In this document: one piece after another, positions 28,390-42,665 of the stretch
Layout: each line of letters starts with the position of its first letter
How positions within the stretch are numbered: the stretch's first letter is position 1
Assembly: GCA_951406725.2 (NCBI GenBank)
Contig: OX597820.1
Span: 98,828,001 to 98,892,000 of the forward strand
Length of the DNA stretch: 64,000 nucleotides
Direction: 5' to 3'
DNA from: Octopus vulgaris
Lineage: Eukaryota
Program-made: the position numbers and the translations under genes
Notes under the pieces: generated by a model
What the model was told of the DNA's origin: nothing
The model's database searches: none
What the model saw: the letters and a program-made list of their open reading frames with translations, nothing else

Positions 28390-29750
28390 CCTAAGACTAA
28401 GGAAATGGAAGAGTTCTGGAAGGAGATATGGAGCAACAAAAAAGAATATAATGCTGAAGCTGACTGGATAGAACATGAGAAAGTGAGACGAGATGAAGTT
28501 GAAGAGCAGAAATGGGAAGCAATAGGAGTAGAAGAACTAAGATGTGTTCTTAGAAAGTCTCACAAATGGAGAACCTCAGGAATGGACTGGATCCCTTGAC
28601 TTCTGGTTGAATTGTTTGACAGAAGTACACCAACATTTTGCTGCATCTCTAACTGATATCATTCGGAACCCAGAGCAAATACCTGCCTAGCTGACCGTAG
28701 GAACAACATACCTTCTACCAAAAACTGAAGACACGGAAAATTCGAAGAACTACCGACCAATAGCATGTCTCAACACCACCTACAAGATACTCACATCGAT
28801 ACTAACTGAAAGAATAGACACTTCCATTCAACACAACTCTATCATTCCACAAGCTCAAAAAAGCTGTAAAAGGAATTCTTATGGATGCAAAGACCAATAA
28901 CTCATGGATAAAAGGATCGTAGAGAATTGACGGAACAAAAAGAACCTGTGTTGGCATAGATAGATTACAAGAAAGCGTTTGATAGTGTCTCGCGTATTTG
29001 GCTGCTCAAGGTCTCTCCTGTCGTCTCCAAATTCTTACAAGGTAGCATGGTCAAGTGCAATACACGTCTCCTTCCTACACAATAGTAATGGGATGAGCCA
29101 ATCTAACAACATCAACATCAAAACGAGGCGTCCTCCAAGGTGACTCCCTCTCTCCATTACTCTTTTACATGGCACTGATCCCACTCTCAAACGAATTGAG
29201 TAACACCAGGTATGCGTTCAAAGTGTATAACATTATAGTAAACCATCAGTTTTATGTGGACGATCTGAATCTGTTTGTTAGAAATGACGAAGAGCTAGTA
29301 GGGCTGCAAAAAAGAATTAGTAGAAACAAATTGAGGAGCAGTGGAGCCAGAAGCCTTTACATTGACAGTATATACTTCAAAGCATAAATGCTGATGTAGA
29401 CCAAACAACAACCCATCAGTGGCTGAGCTTAGGACCGAAAGCAGAGACTGAAGGTTTCATATTAGCTGCACAAGATCAAAGCTTGCTTACCAAAAACTAC
29501 CAGGCTAGCGTTCTGCAAAACGGTTCTGACCCTAAATGCAGACTCTACGATGGATTTGATGAAACAATAGACCATCTTGTCTCGGGATGTCTTTTGCTGA
29601 CACCAAATGATTTGGAAAATATGTAAACACCACAAAATCAGCACTCCTGCGTACTGATATGAACATCATCCTGAGCCAGTCGTTGAAGGTAAAAATATAA
29701 CTATCCTCTGGAAGTAGCGTCATCAATAGATAGGATACACGCCTACTAAT
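28390..29750 (+). pseudogene. Decayed R4/Dong RT and linker/CCHC region; the element may extend upstream to ~27335
   Basis: EEFWKEIWS, LLPK..NYRPIACL, IDYKKAFDSV, QGDSLSPLLF, YVDDL, AETEGFILAAQDQ, ETIDHLVSGC, with stops and frameshifts. Confidence 0.9.
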
Positions 29751-29759
29751 ACCATAAAC

Positions 29760-30160
29760 TAATTGTTTAATTATTGACAGTGGATGGTTAGAGCCTCTAT
29801 CAACGTAAAAGGCGTGTTCATCTGGTTTATTGTAGGGTTTAAATTTGCCTGTGTTAAGATTAATATGAATATCTAGGTTAGTGTTAGTTTAAAGTTAGTG
29901 TTAATTATTGTTTTCGACTAAATATGTTTCGTAATCTTTTCCTCGTCTTACCCATTTTTTCCATTTTTAAGGCACTACTCCTACACTGTTGTCTTTGTAT
30001 TATCCAATACTGGCTTCTATTATTTCGTCTTAAGGACATGTAGACTGTAAAGGGCAACTCTGTTCCATCATAGCTCCCAGTAGCGATATGAAATAGCTTA
30101 TCCATATTCTTTTTCATCCAGTAGGAATTATCAAGAAAAACCAATGACTTCCTAACGTTT
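29760..30160 (-). pseudogene. Penelope-like RT fragment
   Basis: RKSLVF..WMKK..FHIATGSYDGTE and LDIHINLNTGKFKPYNKP..YVDRGSNHPLSIIKQL. Confidence 0.85.
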
Positions 30161-30399
30161 ATCTGTTTTTATAAATGTGTTGGGAAATTTCTTAAAAGAT
30201 CAATAAAAAATATTTGTAACTTGTGGTTGGAACTATTAGATCTATGGTTGAATTTAGCATGTTTAACTAAATTTATGAGATCATCTTCAGATCTACCTAG
30301 ATCTTTAAAATATGGGGGATATGGGTGTGTGGTCATGTGTGAGTGTGCGCGTATGTATGTGTGTGTGTGTGTATGTGCATATGTATCCTTTATTTTTTA

Positions 30400-30531
30400 C
30401 TTGTTTTAATCTTTAGACTGTGGCCATGGTGGGGCAGCGCCTTGGAGAATTTTAGTCAAATAAATGGATCCCAGTACTCATTATTTTCTTTAAGCATTGT
30501 ATTTATTTAATAGCTTTTCTTGTCGAACCAC

Positions 30532-30588
<57 letters not shown>

Positions 30589-30740
30589 GACACGCTTCTT
30601 TCAGTTTCCGTCTACCAAATCCTCATTCACGAGGCTTTGGTCAACCCGAGACTATAAAAGAAGACACTCGCCCAAGGTGTCATACAGTGGGATTGAACTC
30701 GGAAGCATGTGGTTGGAAAGCAAACTTCTTATCACACTAC
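30400..30740 (-). mobile_element. SINE family B, diverged, with internal (TA)n
   Basis: Matches family B head and tail. Confidence 0.75.
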
Positions 30741-31059
30741 CAGACCAACGTACTGATTCTCTTTTACACTCACTTGTAAACCCAAACGTGCGTGTATCTG
30801 TGTGTGAGAGAGAGAGAGAGGAGAGAGAGAGAGAATGTGTGTTATTTATTGAAAAATTGGTGCTAAAAACTAAATAAATCCTGAATATAATTCACAAGTA
30901 TTAAAATGAGTTATATAAATGTAACACAATCGCACTTTCCCTTTCGTATAAAACCCGATAGTTTATGTAATTGTAAGAAATCATATTTTCCCAAGATGAA
31001 TTATATATATGTCGTCACCAAAAGGGGAGGACAATATAATATAATGTCATATATGTGTG

Positions 31060-31141
<82 letters not shown>

Positions 31142-31158
31142 TTATATTCTATTATGTG

Positions 31159-31199
<41 letters not shown>

Positions 31200-31249
31200 G
31201 TATATATATGTATATATATATATATATATATACATACATACATACATAC

Positions 31250-31281
<32 letters not shown>

Positions 31282-31365
31282 TTATATATTTATATATATA
31301 TATCTATATATCTATATATATATTTATATATTTATATATATATATATATATTTATATATATACAT

Positions 31366-31442
<77 letters not shown>
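31060..31442. repeat. (TA)n/(CA)n compound microsatellite
   Basis: Read directly from the sequence. Confidence 0.9.
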
Positions 31443-31445
<3 letters not shown>

Positions 31446-31794
31446 GTTATTCAACCTAACTAAAAAAACAACAGGGAACAAGAAAAAGAATAAAGTTAGT
31501 GAAAAGTTGAAGTAACGGGCTTCCTCGGGGATTCGAGACTCTAACTTTAAGTAACTTTGTAATTCCATTTTTTTTTTTTGGCTCAATTTGCTGATATCAT
31601 CCTAGAACTGACCAATAGAATTTTGCTTATAGTCAAAACAGAACTGTCCGGGGAAAAAAGAAGAAAAAAAAACGATGCTATTAAACATTCAGCCGACCGT
31701 GAAATCAGAAAAACCAATGACATTTTAAGGAAATGGTCAGCTGGAACGCTGGACAGTGGTCAAACAAACTCATTAAAAGTAAGTTAATTATCTA

Positions 31795-33590
31795 CGGTAG
31801 CCTCCCGGTTAAGTATGCACCCATTTAAGTATGCATCCCAGATAAGTACGAACAAAACCTTCAAGAACCACAGGTTCAAGTTTATCAACGATTTATTCTA
31901 CGGCAACATTGACGAACATCTAAATAACTAGATTACCCGTGACCCGTTGAGCCACCGGGAAACTCTGAGTTTCACAGCACGGGGTTTTGTTTTGTGAGTC
32001 TTTCTTTTTTTTTACTTTTCAAAGTTATTTTGCATGTTTTCAACTAATGTGAGATCGAAGTCACACGTAAAGGAAAAATTTGGCTGCTATTTTTTGCACG
32101 CCCTGCTACCACTTAACAGGTATTACGGGTCCCTTATCGCAAATAGCTGTTACGTGATAGCAGGGCGTGCTAGAAATAGCAGCCAAATTTTTGAGGTAAG
32201 ATACGTTGAATGCACTCAAAAAAAAACTATGGAAAAAAAGCTATTTCACACCGAGATTACGAATATTTTACGAAATATTTACCATATTTTTAAAGTCATT
32301 TTCATATTAAATTATTTTTTAGATATGCCAAAAAAATTTTTGTAATGGTATTCACTTTAAATATTATCTGTTTAACAAAAGCTAAAATATGAATACTTAC
32401 TGTACAAACAGCTTACATTTTTGAAATCACATTCACTTAAAGATATTTCTAAATTATTAAAATAGTGTGTTTAACAAAAGTGAAAATAGAAAAATTTACT
32501 GTAAAAAACAACTCGTATTTTTTTCGTGGTCAAGTCACTTCTCTTTCAGAATTAAGGTTGGTTTCGGAATATTGTCCCATTATGCACTGCTTTGAGCATT
32601 TATACTCCGAAAACCTCTTATATCTTTAAAAGCGATTTACGCGAAACTTGTTTTATTCTGTTCGTATTAACAATCCAGGGTAAACTTAATTCATATTTTC
32701 CCATTATGCGCCAGTTTGGCTGGGTAACATTGCAAGCAAGCAAGCAAGATTCAAGCTGACTGTTAATGTTTTATAGATAAACGGCTCAAGGTATGTGATA
32801 TCTTGTGAAGTTTATAGTTCAAACATGCCATGCAAAGTCATCTGACTCAGATTTTATGTTTGTTTGTTTTTTTGCGTTTTGCTTGCTATGTCACTCGTCT
32901 TGGCTTCCTCTGAAAGCAATCAAAGTACTTTTTAGGTCATTGTAACCATCTCCTGCTGCAGCTTGTGAATTTTCAAATAGCAATTGATCTTCGGTGTTGA
33001 GCACGATGTTGTGCAGTTTGTTGAAGCCGTTAAAATTGACATTCTTGACTGGTACAGTAGCATCGCCATGATCACTTTCGTCATCAGCGTCCTCAGTTAC
33101 TTCTTCAGTTCGCAATCTTTTCATCAACTCCTCAACATCCCCCAAAATCGCTTGTGCATATTCCGTTTGTGCATATCTTTGATGTTATCTCGTTCAAAAG
33201 CTTCAAAATAACCTGGTGCAGTATCCATCAACAAGAGAAAGCGGCGTCCCGTTTTCTTTTTCACTTCGGGATAAAATACTTCGATGAACCATTTACAACA
33301 CGTTTTGACATCCATCCACGCTTTTCTCTTTATATTTTCCGACTAATATGCAAAGAATTTTGTGCGATCCTGTGGCATTTGCACAAGCAAGGAGAGATTC
33401 GTTCTTTAGCTTTCTTCTTTCCTCAGGTTGTGCTGACCTCTTCGTATGGCATAAGCAGAGTATATCTGCGCAGCAACCGAAAAAATATCGCTGTTTCATT
33501 CACGTTATAAACATTTTCAGCATCATACTATTCAATTACGCCATATCAATCGTTCAATGCAGCCAATAGCTCCGGATCTTCTTTGTTCAT
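31795..33590 (-). mobile_element. Tigger/pogo DNA transposon relic (DDE_1)
   Basis: YNVNETAIFF, LLACANATGSHK and WFIEVFYPEVKK..LLLMDTAPG in 33124-33510; Tigger-like terminus TA|cggtagcctcccggttaag at 31795 (boundary inferred). Confidence 0.8.
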
Positions 33591-33761
33591 TTCAATGCAA
33601 TCTATAGGCGAAATAATAAAACTATGGAAGACATTTCTCAGGTTTAAAATGTATTGTTTTCGTTATCTACATTTCAAAGAGGGAGCTTTGTACGTTTGTT
33701 AGAAACCAGCTTCTTCCTCAGAGGAATAATTCAAAGGATTAAAAACAGAAGAGCCCTACAA
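33590..33761 (+). mobile_element. 3' end of a (CATA)n-associated RLE LINE, diverged subfamily
   Basis: MQSIGEIIKLWKTFLRF resembles the ORF end at 59860; UTR runs into (CATA)n. Confidence 0.65.
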
Positions 33762-33937
33762 ACATACATACATACATACATACATGCATGCATGCATACA
33801 TACATTCATACATACATACATACATACATACATACATACATACATACATACATACATACATACATGCATGCATGCATACATGCATACATACATTCATACA
33901 TACATACATACATACATACATACATACATACATTCAT

Positions 33938-33970
<33 letters not shown>

Positions 33971-34030
33971 TACATACATACATACATACATACATACATA
34001 CATACATGCATGCATACATACATACATACA

Positions 34031-34064
<34 letters not shown>

Positions 34065-34124
34065 CATACATACATACATACACACATACATACATACATA
34101 CATACATGCATACATACATACATT

Positions 34125-34156
<32 letters not shown>

Positions 34157-34260
34157 CATACATACATACATACATTCATACATACATACATACATACATA
34201 CATACATACATACATACATACATGCATGCATGCATACATACATACATTCATACATACATA
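33762..34260. repeat. (CATA)n microsatellite
   Basis: Read directly from the sequence. Confidence 0.95.
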
Positions 34261-34682
34261 TTAACTTAGATTATAAACGTTCTCTAGTGTTTATGCACGT
34301 ATCTAAGTTTTAAGCAAGGCTGGAGTCAAAGCATGACAACGCTGTTCTTATGTATTTATGTTTCAAGATATTGAGACAGAAAGAAGTATTCAAAGCTATC
34401 TTTTGTCTCATGTAATAACGAAAAACAGATAGGCATTTCCTTACTGGTATATTAATTCAAGAGATTGTTGATCTCGTCCCATTATCTCCCCTTCCTCTTC
34501 CTCTTCTTATTTGGGGTCAGTTGCGATTGAAGCTAAGTGTTTCCTTTCATTCTCTCGAAGCGAAGATAGTTTCATTATGTCAACAATTTACTGTTTGGTA
34601 TTTAGTAATATATATTTATCTTTCTTGGCCCACGTTTACCAAATTCATACCACAGTCCATTCTAAATTACTGCTGTTTGCTC

Positions 34683-34753
<71 letters not shown>

Positions 34754-34826
34754 TGTGCGAATCACATATTCTTTACACATTTACACAAATTCGGAAAAAA
34801 GAAATATATATGTACGTATGTATGTA

Positions 34827-35127
34827 TCTTCTATTTTTTAAATTATAATAAATCTTCCACTGAGGAGGGGACCGATTTCCAACAAAGATACAAGGCTTCA
34901 TCTTTGGGACGTAGTTAACACACAAATTCATAGTTGAAACTTGAAAGAAGTCTTGCATAATTTTACTGTTGCACTCACAGATTGCATTTGTAATTCGCGA
35001 ATTAGCCGGTCAATTTCTCTTTCTGAAAATCCCAGTTTATCCAGATTCTCCTTTAAGCTTTTACTAACAAAACCTAGTGCTCCAGTATTATTGGCATGAA
35101 TATGAATTCACAGTCTGGATATAAACT
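34827..35127 (-). mobile_element. (CATA)n-associated RLE LINE 3' end
   Basis: Reverse complement of 59720-60022; LYPDCEFIFMPII/GALGFVSKSLKENLDKLGFSEREIDRLIRELQMQSVSATVKLCK. Confidence 0.8.
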
Positions 35128-35148
35128 ATATATATATGTGTGTGTGTA

Positions 35149-35198
<50 letters not shown>

Positions 35199-35589
35199 TG
35201 TACATATATATATATATAAATATATATATATGTATATATATATATATATGTATGTATGTATGTACGTACGTATGCATACAAACTCGTAGCTAACAGGTAG
35301 GTATGTATGTGTGCATACCTATACGTAGGTAAGAGGTATGTATGTATGTATGTATGTATGTATGTATGTATGTATGTATGTAGGTAGGTAGGTAGGTAGG
35401 TAGGTAGGTAGGTAGATAGGTAGGTAGGTAGGTAGGTAGGTAGGTAGGTAGGTAGGTAGGTAGGTAGGTAGGTAGGTAGGTAGGTAGGTAGGTAGGTAGG
35501 TAGGTAGGTAGGTAGGTAGGTAGGTAGGTAGGTATGTATGTAGGTAGGTAGGTAGGTAGGAATATGGGAAATATTATTTACTTGCCATG

Positions 35590-36262
35590 GTATACAGTTT
35601 TCATATTCAACTACTAGAAATTTAGCTCAGATTATAGCCACACAATAAACAGAGAATTGGGGAATGTCTCAACTCAAGATCTATAAACAGAAGTAAAATC
35701 GACCATGTTGATTGTGAAATTAATTTTAATGATAATTTTACTGAACTAGATGTCGATTATTCCTAGATGTCGATTATTCAAGTAAAAATAATCCTGACTC
35801 TGATACAGTTAACACCAAGTCTTAATATTAATTATAATAATGATGATAACCCTGCCTTAAAACCTAATTCTGAGAGGACTAGTAAGAATTCTTTTAATCA
35901 TGAGTACCGAATACAAGTAAATAAATGCCTGTGGTATTTCAAAAACAAAACTGCCAGTCCTTTAGAAAATCAGTGTTTAAGGGAAATTATAGTCTATCAA
36001 TGTAATGTAATAACAGGGGACCATAAATATTATTACATCGGTTCATTGGCAACAAATTTGGAAATCTAGATTTCATAATCATTCTCGTTCATTTAAGTTT
36101 AGAAGAAAAAGTAATTTTACAAATCTTAATAAATGCATTTGGGATTTGAAAGCAAAGAACATTGAGTACGATTAAAAGTGATCCATTATTAGTTATGCAC
36201 CATCGTTCAATACTGGCAATTCTAAATTTGATGTTTGGCTTGAAGAAATATATTAGATGATT
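35590..36262 (+). pseudogene. Penelope-like GIY-YIG endonuclease region
   Basis: SYSTTRNLAQIIA..; PLENQCLREIIVYQCNV..YYYIGS..NHSRSF..IWDLK; interrupted by a SINE. Confidence 0.9.
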
Positions 36263-36264
36263 AC

Positions 36265-36660
36265 TTACTCTTTTACTTGTTTCAGTCATTTGACTGCGGC
36301 CATGCTGGAGCACCGCCTTTAATCGAGCAACTCGACGCCGGGACTTATTCTTTGTAAGCCCAGTACTTATTCTATCGGTCTCTTTTTGCCGAACCGCTAA
36401 GTGACGGGGACGTAAACACACCAGCATCGGTTGTCAAGCAATGCTAGGGGGACAAACACAGACACACATACACATACATATATATACATACGTATATACG
36501 ACAGGCTTCTTTCAGTTTCCGTCTACCAAATCCACTCACAAGGCATTGGTCGGCCCAGGGCTATAGCAGAAGACACTTGCCCAAGATGCCACGCAGTGGG
36601 ACTGAACCCTGAACCATGTGGTTGGTTACCACACTTACCACACAGCCACTCCTGCGCCTA
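36265..36660 (-). mobile_element. SINE family B, full length
   Basis: tRNA-like head ggcgcaggagtggctgtgtggtaag, CORE-like cttgggcaagtg, tail tgaaacaagtaaaagag. Confidence 0.9.
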
Positions 36661-37219
36661 TATAAATAAAAATTATATTACATTTGAATAGGAATTTTAC
36701 AATGAAATGTTACTACAAATTTTGGACGGCATTTAAATATTTCCATTCTTAATTATAATTGTTTTTCATATTTTATATAATAAGCATAATTTTTCTGAAG
36801 AAGTTTACTATATTTAATAAGTAGATAACTAATTGTCGTTACGTAAAATCTCCATGTTTCTAATTTCCGTGGCGTAGAATTCTTGTTTATTTTCTAATTT
36901 TTCGTTATCCACTGACGTCGCCAGTAGTTGAATACGAAAATAGCTTTTCTTAAATTGTATTTATTCTTAGCGTTATTTTTGTATGCGTTCGCGTACAGGA
37001 AATACTCCCTTAGTTCACTTTGAATTTAACTAATCTTCGAACGCCTTGAAAATGTTGTATTTTCGGATATATTAATTTCAATGATACTTTCTATATCTGA
37101 ATATGTTAAAGAAACAATTATTGGCTTTTGCAAGGTGAATTCTACATTAAAAAATGTTATTTTCTCTATACGTATTTTTGTTTTATAGACACAGGCTTGT
37201 GTGTGTGTGTGTGTGCGTA

Positions 37220-37438
37220 TGCGAGTGGGTGCTGAAAAGTTGCTGGCTTTAAGAGTATCACGAAAGGCATGGCTGGAGGCCCAACCTTCTGTGTTCTTTT
37301 ACAGGGCTTAGAAAAACTAAAGGACCGCTGCAATAAGTGTGTGAATCTGAGAGGGGGAATTTGTTGAGTAAAATCAAAATTAACTGATCCTCCCATATTT
37401 TCTTTTACTCGGAGCCAGGATTTTCAGCCCCCCCCTTG
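37220..37438 (+). mobile_element. Mariner-derived MITE
   Basis: TIRs gggtgctgaaaagttgctggct / agccaggattttcagccccc; internal GLEKLKDRCNKCVNLRGEFVE* (mariner C-terminus); TA flank. Confidence 0.75.
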
Positions 37439-37488
37439 TATATATGTATATATATGTATCGAAAATATTTACATTATATATATATATA

Positions 37489-37565
<77 letters not shown>

Positions 37566-37583
37566 GCAGACAGACAGACAGAA

Positions 37584-37669
<86 letters not shown>

Positions 37670-38188
37670 GTTAATATGCATGATTGTACGTTACTACTTC
37701 TCTCAAAAATTAAAACCAGGATGCTTATCAAGAATAAGGATACATATTTAATCAATTCAATTATACTTTATTGAATATGTTTGTTATTTGCCGCCGTAAA
37801 CATAAATATAACGTAGAATAACTCGGCGAAAATATTAAACAAGAAATCAAAAACATTTAACCAAAACAAATTGCCGTCCCATTTCCATTTTTTTTTTCTT
37901 TTATGCACAACTGTAATGCCATGCTTCTGACATAATGTTTGCAAGAAGAAAAAAAAATAGGTCATTTCCATTAACCGTATTCAACCTCCAAAATACTTAG
38001 ACAGATGTTAATAATTTTGAAGGTGCTGTCTGGTTTGAGAGACCACCATGACCACAAGTTTAAACGATCTCCCAAAAGATTTTCATCCCATCCCAAGTGT
38101 AAAATTTAAAACAGCAGCACGACAACGACGACAATGTAACAGCAGCAGCAGAAGCAGCAGTAGCAACAGCAGCAGCAGCAATAGCAGC

Positions 38189-38251
<63 letters not shown>

Positions 38252-39594
38252 CGTCGTCGTCGTCGTTGTCGTGGTGCTGGTGGTGGTGGTGGTGGTGATG
38301 GTAGTGGTGGTGGTGCTGGTGGTGGTGCTGGTGTATTTTCTGCAGTGCCAAAATCACCGCCGCCGAAACCAAAGCTAAGTCTTTCTGTATTGAGTTTCTT
38401 GATATAAACGATTTTTTAAGCTAATAGAATTGCACTCGAAGGACACCGAAATTTTCGGTTAATAACAATTAATTGGAACTCATATGCACACATGTAATAT
38501 ATATACACACATACACACACAAAAACCCACACACGCACACACACACACACGCACACTCGCATACACACAATGCACATACATGTGTATGCATGTACATATA
38601 TATATATGAACATATTCAAATACGTACATATACAAACGGAAAAACATTATATACGCGTCTGTGTTTCTGTATGTGTGTGTGTGTGCGTGTGTGAGTGCAT
38701 GTATGCGCGCGTTTAAACGAAAGAAGAGTGCACCCAGTACATTCTGTAGAGTTTGCTCGGAGTATCCTAGGCTGGAAACAAGTCTTATTCCTCAGATGTT
38801 GTCAATAAGGGAAGTTTTAGCAGCGTGCGACAGAACAGATAAGACAGAACCTTATTTGTCGCCAGAAAAGCATTTTTCCCGTTGCTAACGTAATGCTTTA
38901 CACGATGCTGCTAGAATTCAAAGGCGCTACAAAGATATAAAGAAGGCCATTTTCGTTAACAAGGAAATCTACTCTTCGATTCTCTCCACTATTTTTTTCC
39001 GAATCAGTCGGTTGAAATCACTCCGGGTAAATGCTAGTCTGTGCCGGCAATTCGAAATCACATAGGATATTTTGTTATGATACAGAACAAGTTGTTCCAG
39101 AATATGTTATTTCTCAGACAGCCAGAATTGCAGTTATGCATTTTACAAGCAGAAAAGTTCTGTTGACGATATTCCAAGTTAGGGTAAGATATTTGGTTTC
39201 TAAGTTCCCAAATATAATAGGCGAGCGAGGTCACTGTTGAGGTCACTGATCGTAGCAAATTGCTAACTGAAATCCAGAGTTTCAGAACAAGGAATTTCGA
39301 TAGGGATACATAAAATGTCACAATATCAATTTAGGGAAATTTGTGGACGATTCATATGCATGCATACATATATACATACATACATACATACATGCATACA
39401 TACATACATACATACATACATACATACATACATACATACATACATACATACATACATACATACATACATACATACATGCATACATACATACATACATACA
39501 TACATACATACATACACACACACACATACATACATACATACATACATACATACATACATACATACATACATACATACATACATACATACATACA

Positions 39595-40797
39595 TGATGG
39601 GCATCCACTCGTTACCGAAGAAGACCATTGCTAGCCTTTAGGAACATTGTGCGCTCTAGGACTAGCTTATATTTTGCATTTGCTGCTCCTCCGTTGGTGG
39701 CTAATGAGGCCTGCTCTTGACAAGCATACACAACTACAAACATTGCAAGCCAAGCTATTCCTATTCACTACACTAGCAGTGCGCTTTCGAGCAGCACGAT
39801 TAAATTATTCAAGCAGAATAGTGCTCCAAACGTGTCAACCCCCTCTTTAACCTTCGTCCTACCTCTGTGGTGATGACAGTTATTGCTCTCCCATGGCGGC
39901 GAGCAGGCAGAAACGTTAGCACGCCGGGCGAAATGCTTAGCGGTATTTCGCAGGAGTGGCTGTGTGGTAAGTAACTTGCTTACTAACCACATGGTTCCGG
40001 GTTCAATCCCACACCGTGGCACCTTGGGCAAGTGTCTTCTACTATAGCCTCGGGCCGACCGAAGCCTTGTGAGTGAAAAGGCGGCGAGCTGGCAGAAACG
40101 TTAGCACGCCGGGCGAAATGCTTAGCGGTATTTCGTCTGCGTTACGTTGTGAGTTCAAATTCCGCCGAGGTCGACTTTGCCTTTCATCCTTTCGGGGTCG
40201 ATGAATTAAGTACCAGTTACGCACTGGGGTCGATGGAATCGACTTAATACCTATGTCTGTCCTTGTTTGTTCCCTCTGTGTTTAGCCCCTTGTGGGTAAT
40301 AAAGAAATAGGTATTTCGTCTGCCGCTACGTTCTGAGTTCAAATTCCGCCGAGGTCGACTTTGCCTTTCATCCTTTCAGGGTCGATTAAATAAGGACTAG
40401 TTACGAACTGGGGTCGATATAATCGACTTAATCCGTCTGTCTGTCCTCGTTTGTCTCCTCTGTGTTTAGCCCCTTGTGGGTAGTAATGAAATAGGTATTG
40501 CTCTCCCAGTCAGTCTTCTGCATATCGCAGGCCTTTAATGAGGACTTGACAGTCCTTAAATCGCAGCTTTGGTTTCTGCCGGGGTCTCTTTCCACTAACA
40601 AGTTCCCTATATAACATCTGTTTAGAGATCCTGCTATCTTTCATTCTAATAAGGTGTCCAGTCCAACGTAGCCGGGGGCTTGTGAAATATCGCCTAAATA
40701 CTCAAGATATCAGCTTTCCAGCGACCTGTGATTTCTGTTGATTTAGTAAATAGAATAGAAGACTCCTTGGAAAGCAAAGGAGCTGATGCAGAGCTCT
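39595..40797 (-). mobile_element. RTE LINE 3' end split by a SINE insertion
   Basis: RLRWTGHLIRMKDSRISKQMLYRELVSGKR..PKLRFKD (40500-40700) continues to CNVCSCVCLSRAGLISHQR (39680-39750). Confidence 0.85.
39894..40495 (+). mobile_element. Composite SINE: A head, B head, then dimeric A; 13-bp TSD
   Basis: TSD tattgctctccca at 39881-39893 and 40496-40508. Confidence 0.9.
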
Positions 40798-40844
40798 ACA
40801 TACATACATACATACATACAGACATACATACATACATACATACA

Positions 40845-40878
<34 letters not shown>

Positions 40879-41018
40879 CATACATACATACATGCAAACA
40901 AACATACATGCATACATACATACATACATACATACACACACACATACATTCATACATACATACATACATACATACATACATACATACATACATACATGCA
41001 CGCATGCATACATACATA

Positions 41019-41396
41019 CACTTGCGTCAGAAATTAATTAGCACTTCTCAAATTTCTACATTAAATAGGTTAAATCAATTAACCTTATGAGCTGTTCAAA
41101 ACGTCTTACGCGATGAGAAAACTTAGTATGGTGTGATTTCGGTCCTTGCGAGGCGCTACCTATATCTATTAAACAAAGGAAGATTTGTCTGCATCCGCAC
41201 TCCAAGTTGTTGCACTGCTATGTCAATATCATGAGGCTGTAGACTCTCAAACTGCTCTGCAAACAAAGTTACGTCATCGTTCTGCGCAACAGTGAACTCG
41301 CAACAAAGCAATAGTTCGAGATATGGCCACTAGGTGACAGCACATACCTTGAGTGAAGAGCAAATCAAGGGTGCTAATTAATTTCTGACGGTAGCG
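41019..41396. mobile_element. Tc1/mariner non-autonomous element
   Basis: TIR core cgtcagaaattaattagcac / gtgctaattaatttctgacg; TA on both sides. Confidence 0.8.
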
Positions 41397-41853
41397 TACA
41401 TACTGCTGGATATCGTTGAACGACTGCTGAATGGGAAACATTTCTAGAACATGCAAAAGTAGTCTCCCATACTTTTATTTCAAATTCCAATAGAATTTCA
41501 AGCAAGTTTCAATGAGGCTCATGATGTTCTTATGAAAAAATGCATAAAAGGTGGATACATTCATGACAATAGTTACGCACTCCAATTAAGTTAGGAGGAA
41601 GACTTGTTAAACATCCTCAAGTTGTGCTGAGTAAGTCATTTCTCTGTCTCAAAAGCTTCCAGATATAATTCTTCAAAGACGTGTGAGTGTGTGTGTGAGT
41701 GAGTGTGTGCGTGTGTATGTGTGTATCATTATGTATGTATGTATGTATGTATGTATGTATGTATCTATGTATCTATGTATCTATGTATGTATGTATGTAT
41801 GTATGTATGTATGTATGTATGTATCTATGTATGTATGTATGTATGTATGTATG

Positions 41854-41884
<31 letters not shown>

Positions 41885-42409
41885 GGGCGGAAGAACTCTT
41901 GAGAGTCAACGGCCATCCAATAAATGTGTATTTTTTTCTTATGGCTTAAGGCTGTATCATGCGCGGGGACATAGAAATAATTGAACTGAATACCCGATCG
42001 CGCGGTTAAACCATTTGGAGTGAAGGACTCCTAGCCTTCTAGGAGAAGGTAACTCAGGTAACTGAGATAACTCCGACATAAAACCTGCGGCTCAGTGGTT
42101 ACCGATGATGTTGACTTGTTCTTTTTTTCGGATTATGGCTGCTGTTGCTTAGTGAGTGGGATTGACTCAGTGCACAGCCCTTCCTCACTTTAAAAAAAAT
42201 CTTCTTGCACAGACATTGCACGATAGCAACATTGTTCATGATTGTTGATAGTGCTGTGAGTCTCAACGGAATAACTGACTGTAGCTTTAAAAAGCAAATA
42301 AAAGTCACATTCGATCACAGCACCAATAACAGTTAGGCTTCGTGCAATGGCCATACTCGATAACGAGGGGGCAGCCATCATCATCATCATCATCATCACG
42401 TATGTATGT

Positions 42410-42665
42410 ATAAAAAGAGTGCATCAGTTTTTTTTAGGCCATTTGTATGGATTCAAAAAAGATGCGTAGCTCATCAAAGAAAAAAGCTGTATTTGAAGAC
42501 AAATTGATACAAATAATCTTCAGAATCCTTTCATCACAACTATTCAATGAATTCAATAGCTGCTTCACTGCGAGTTCGGAAGAATTGATATGCTTGGATC
42601 AGATGATCTTCAACAATTTTGGATATAATGCTGGTTATACCAGACTTGAGAGATTGTATGGCGCT
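42410..42665 (-). pseudogene. Possible decayed mariner transposase C-terminus
   Basis: PYNLSSLV*PALYPKLLK loosely resembles PYSPDL..D..LFPKLK. Confidence 0.35.

Noticed and set aside
36790-36850. HHR downstream of the GIY-YIG fragment
   Set aside because: CTGAAGA is present but the GAAA box and helices are not recoverable
39031-39240. PARP-like motif YDTEQVVPEYVI
   Set aside because: Too short, a stop lies immediately upstream, and no other PARP motifs are present
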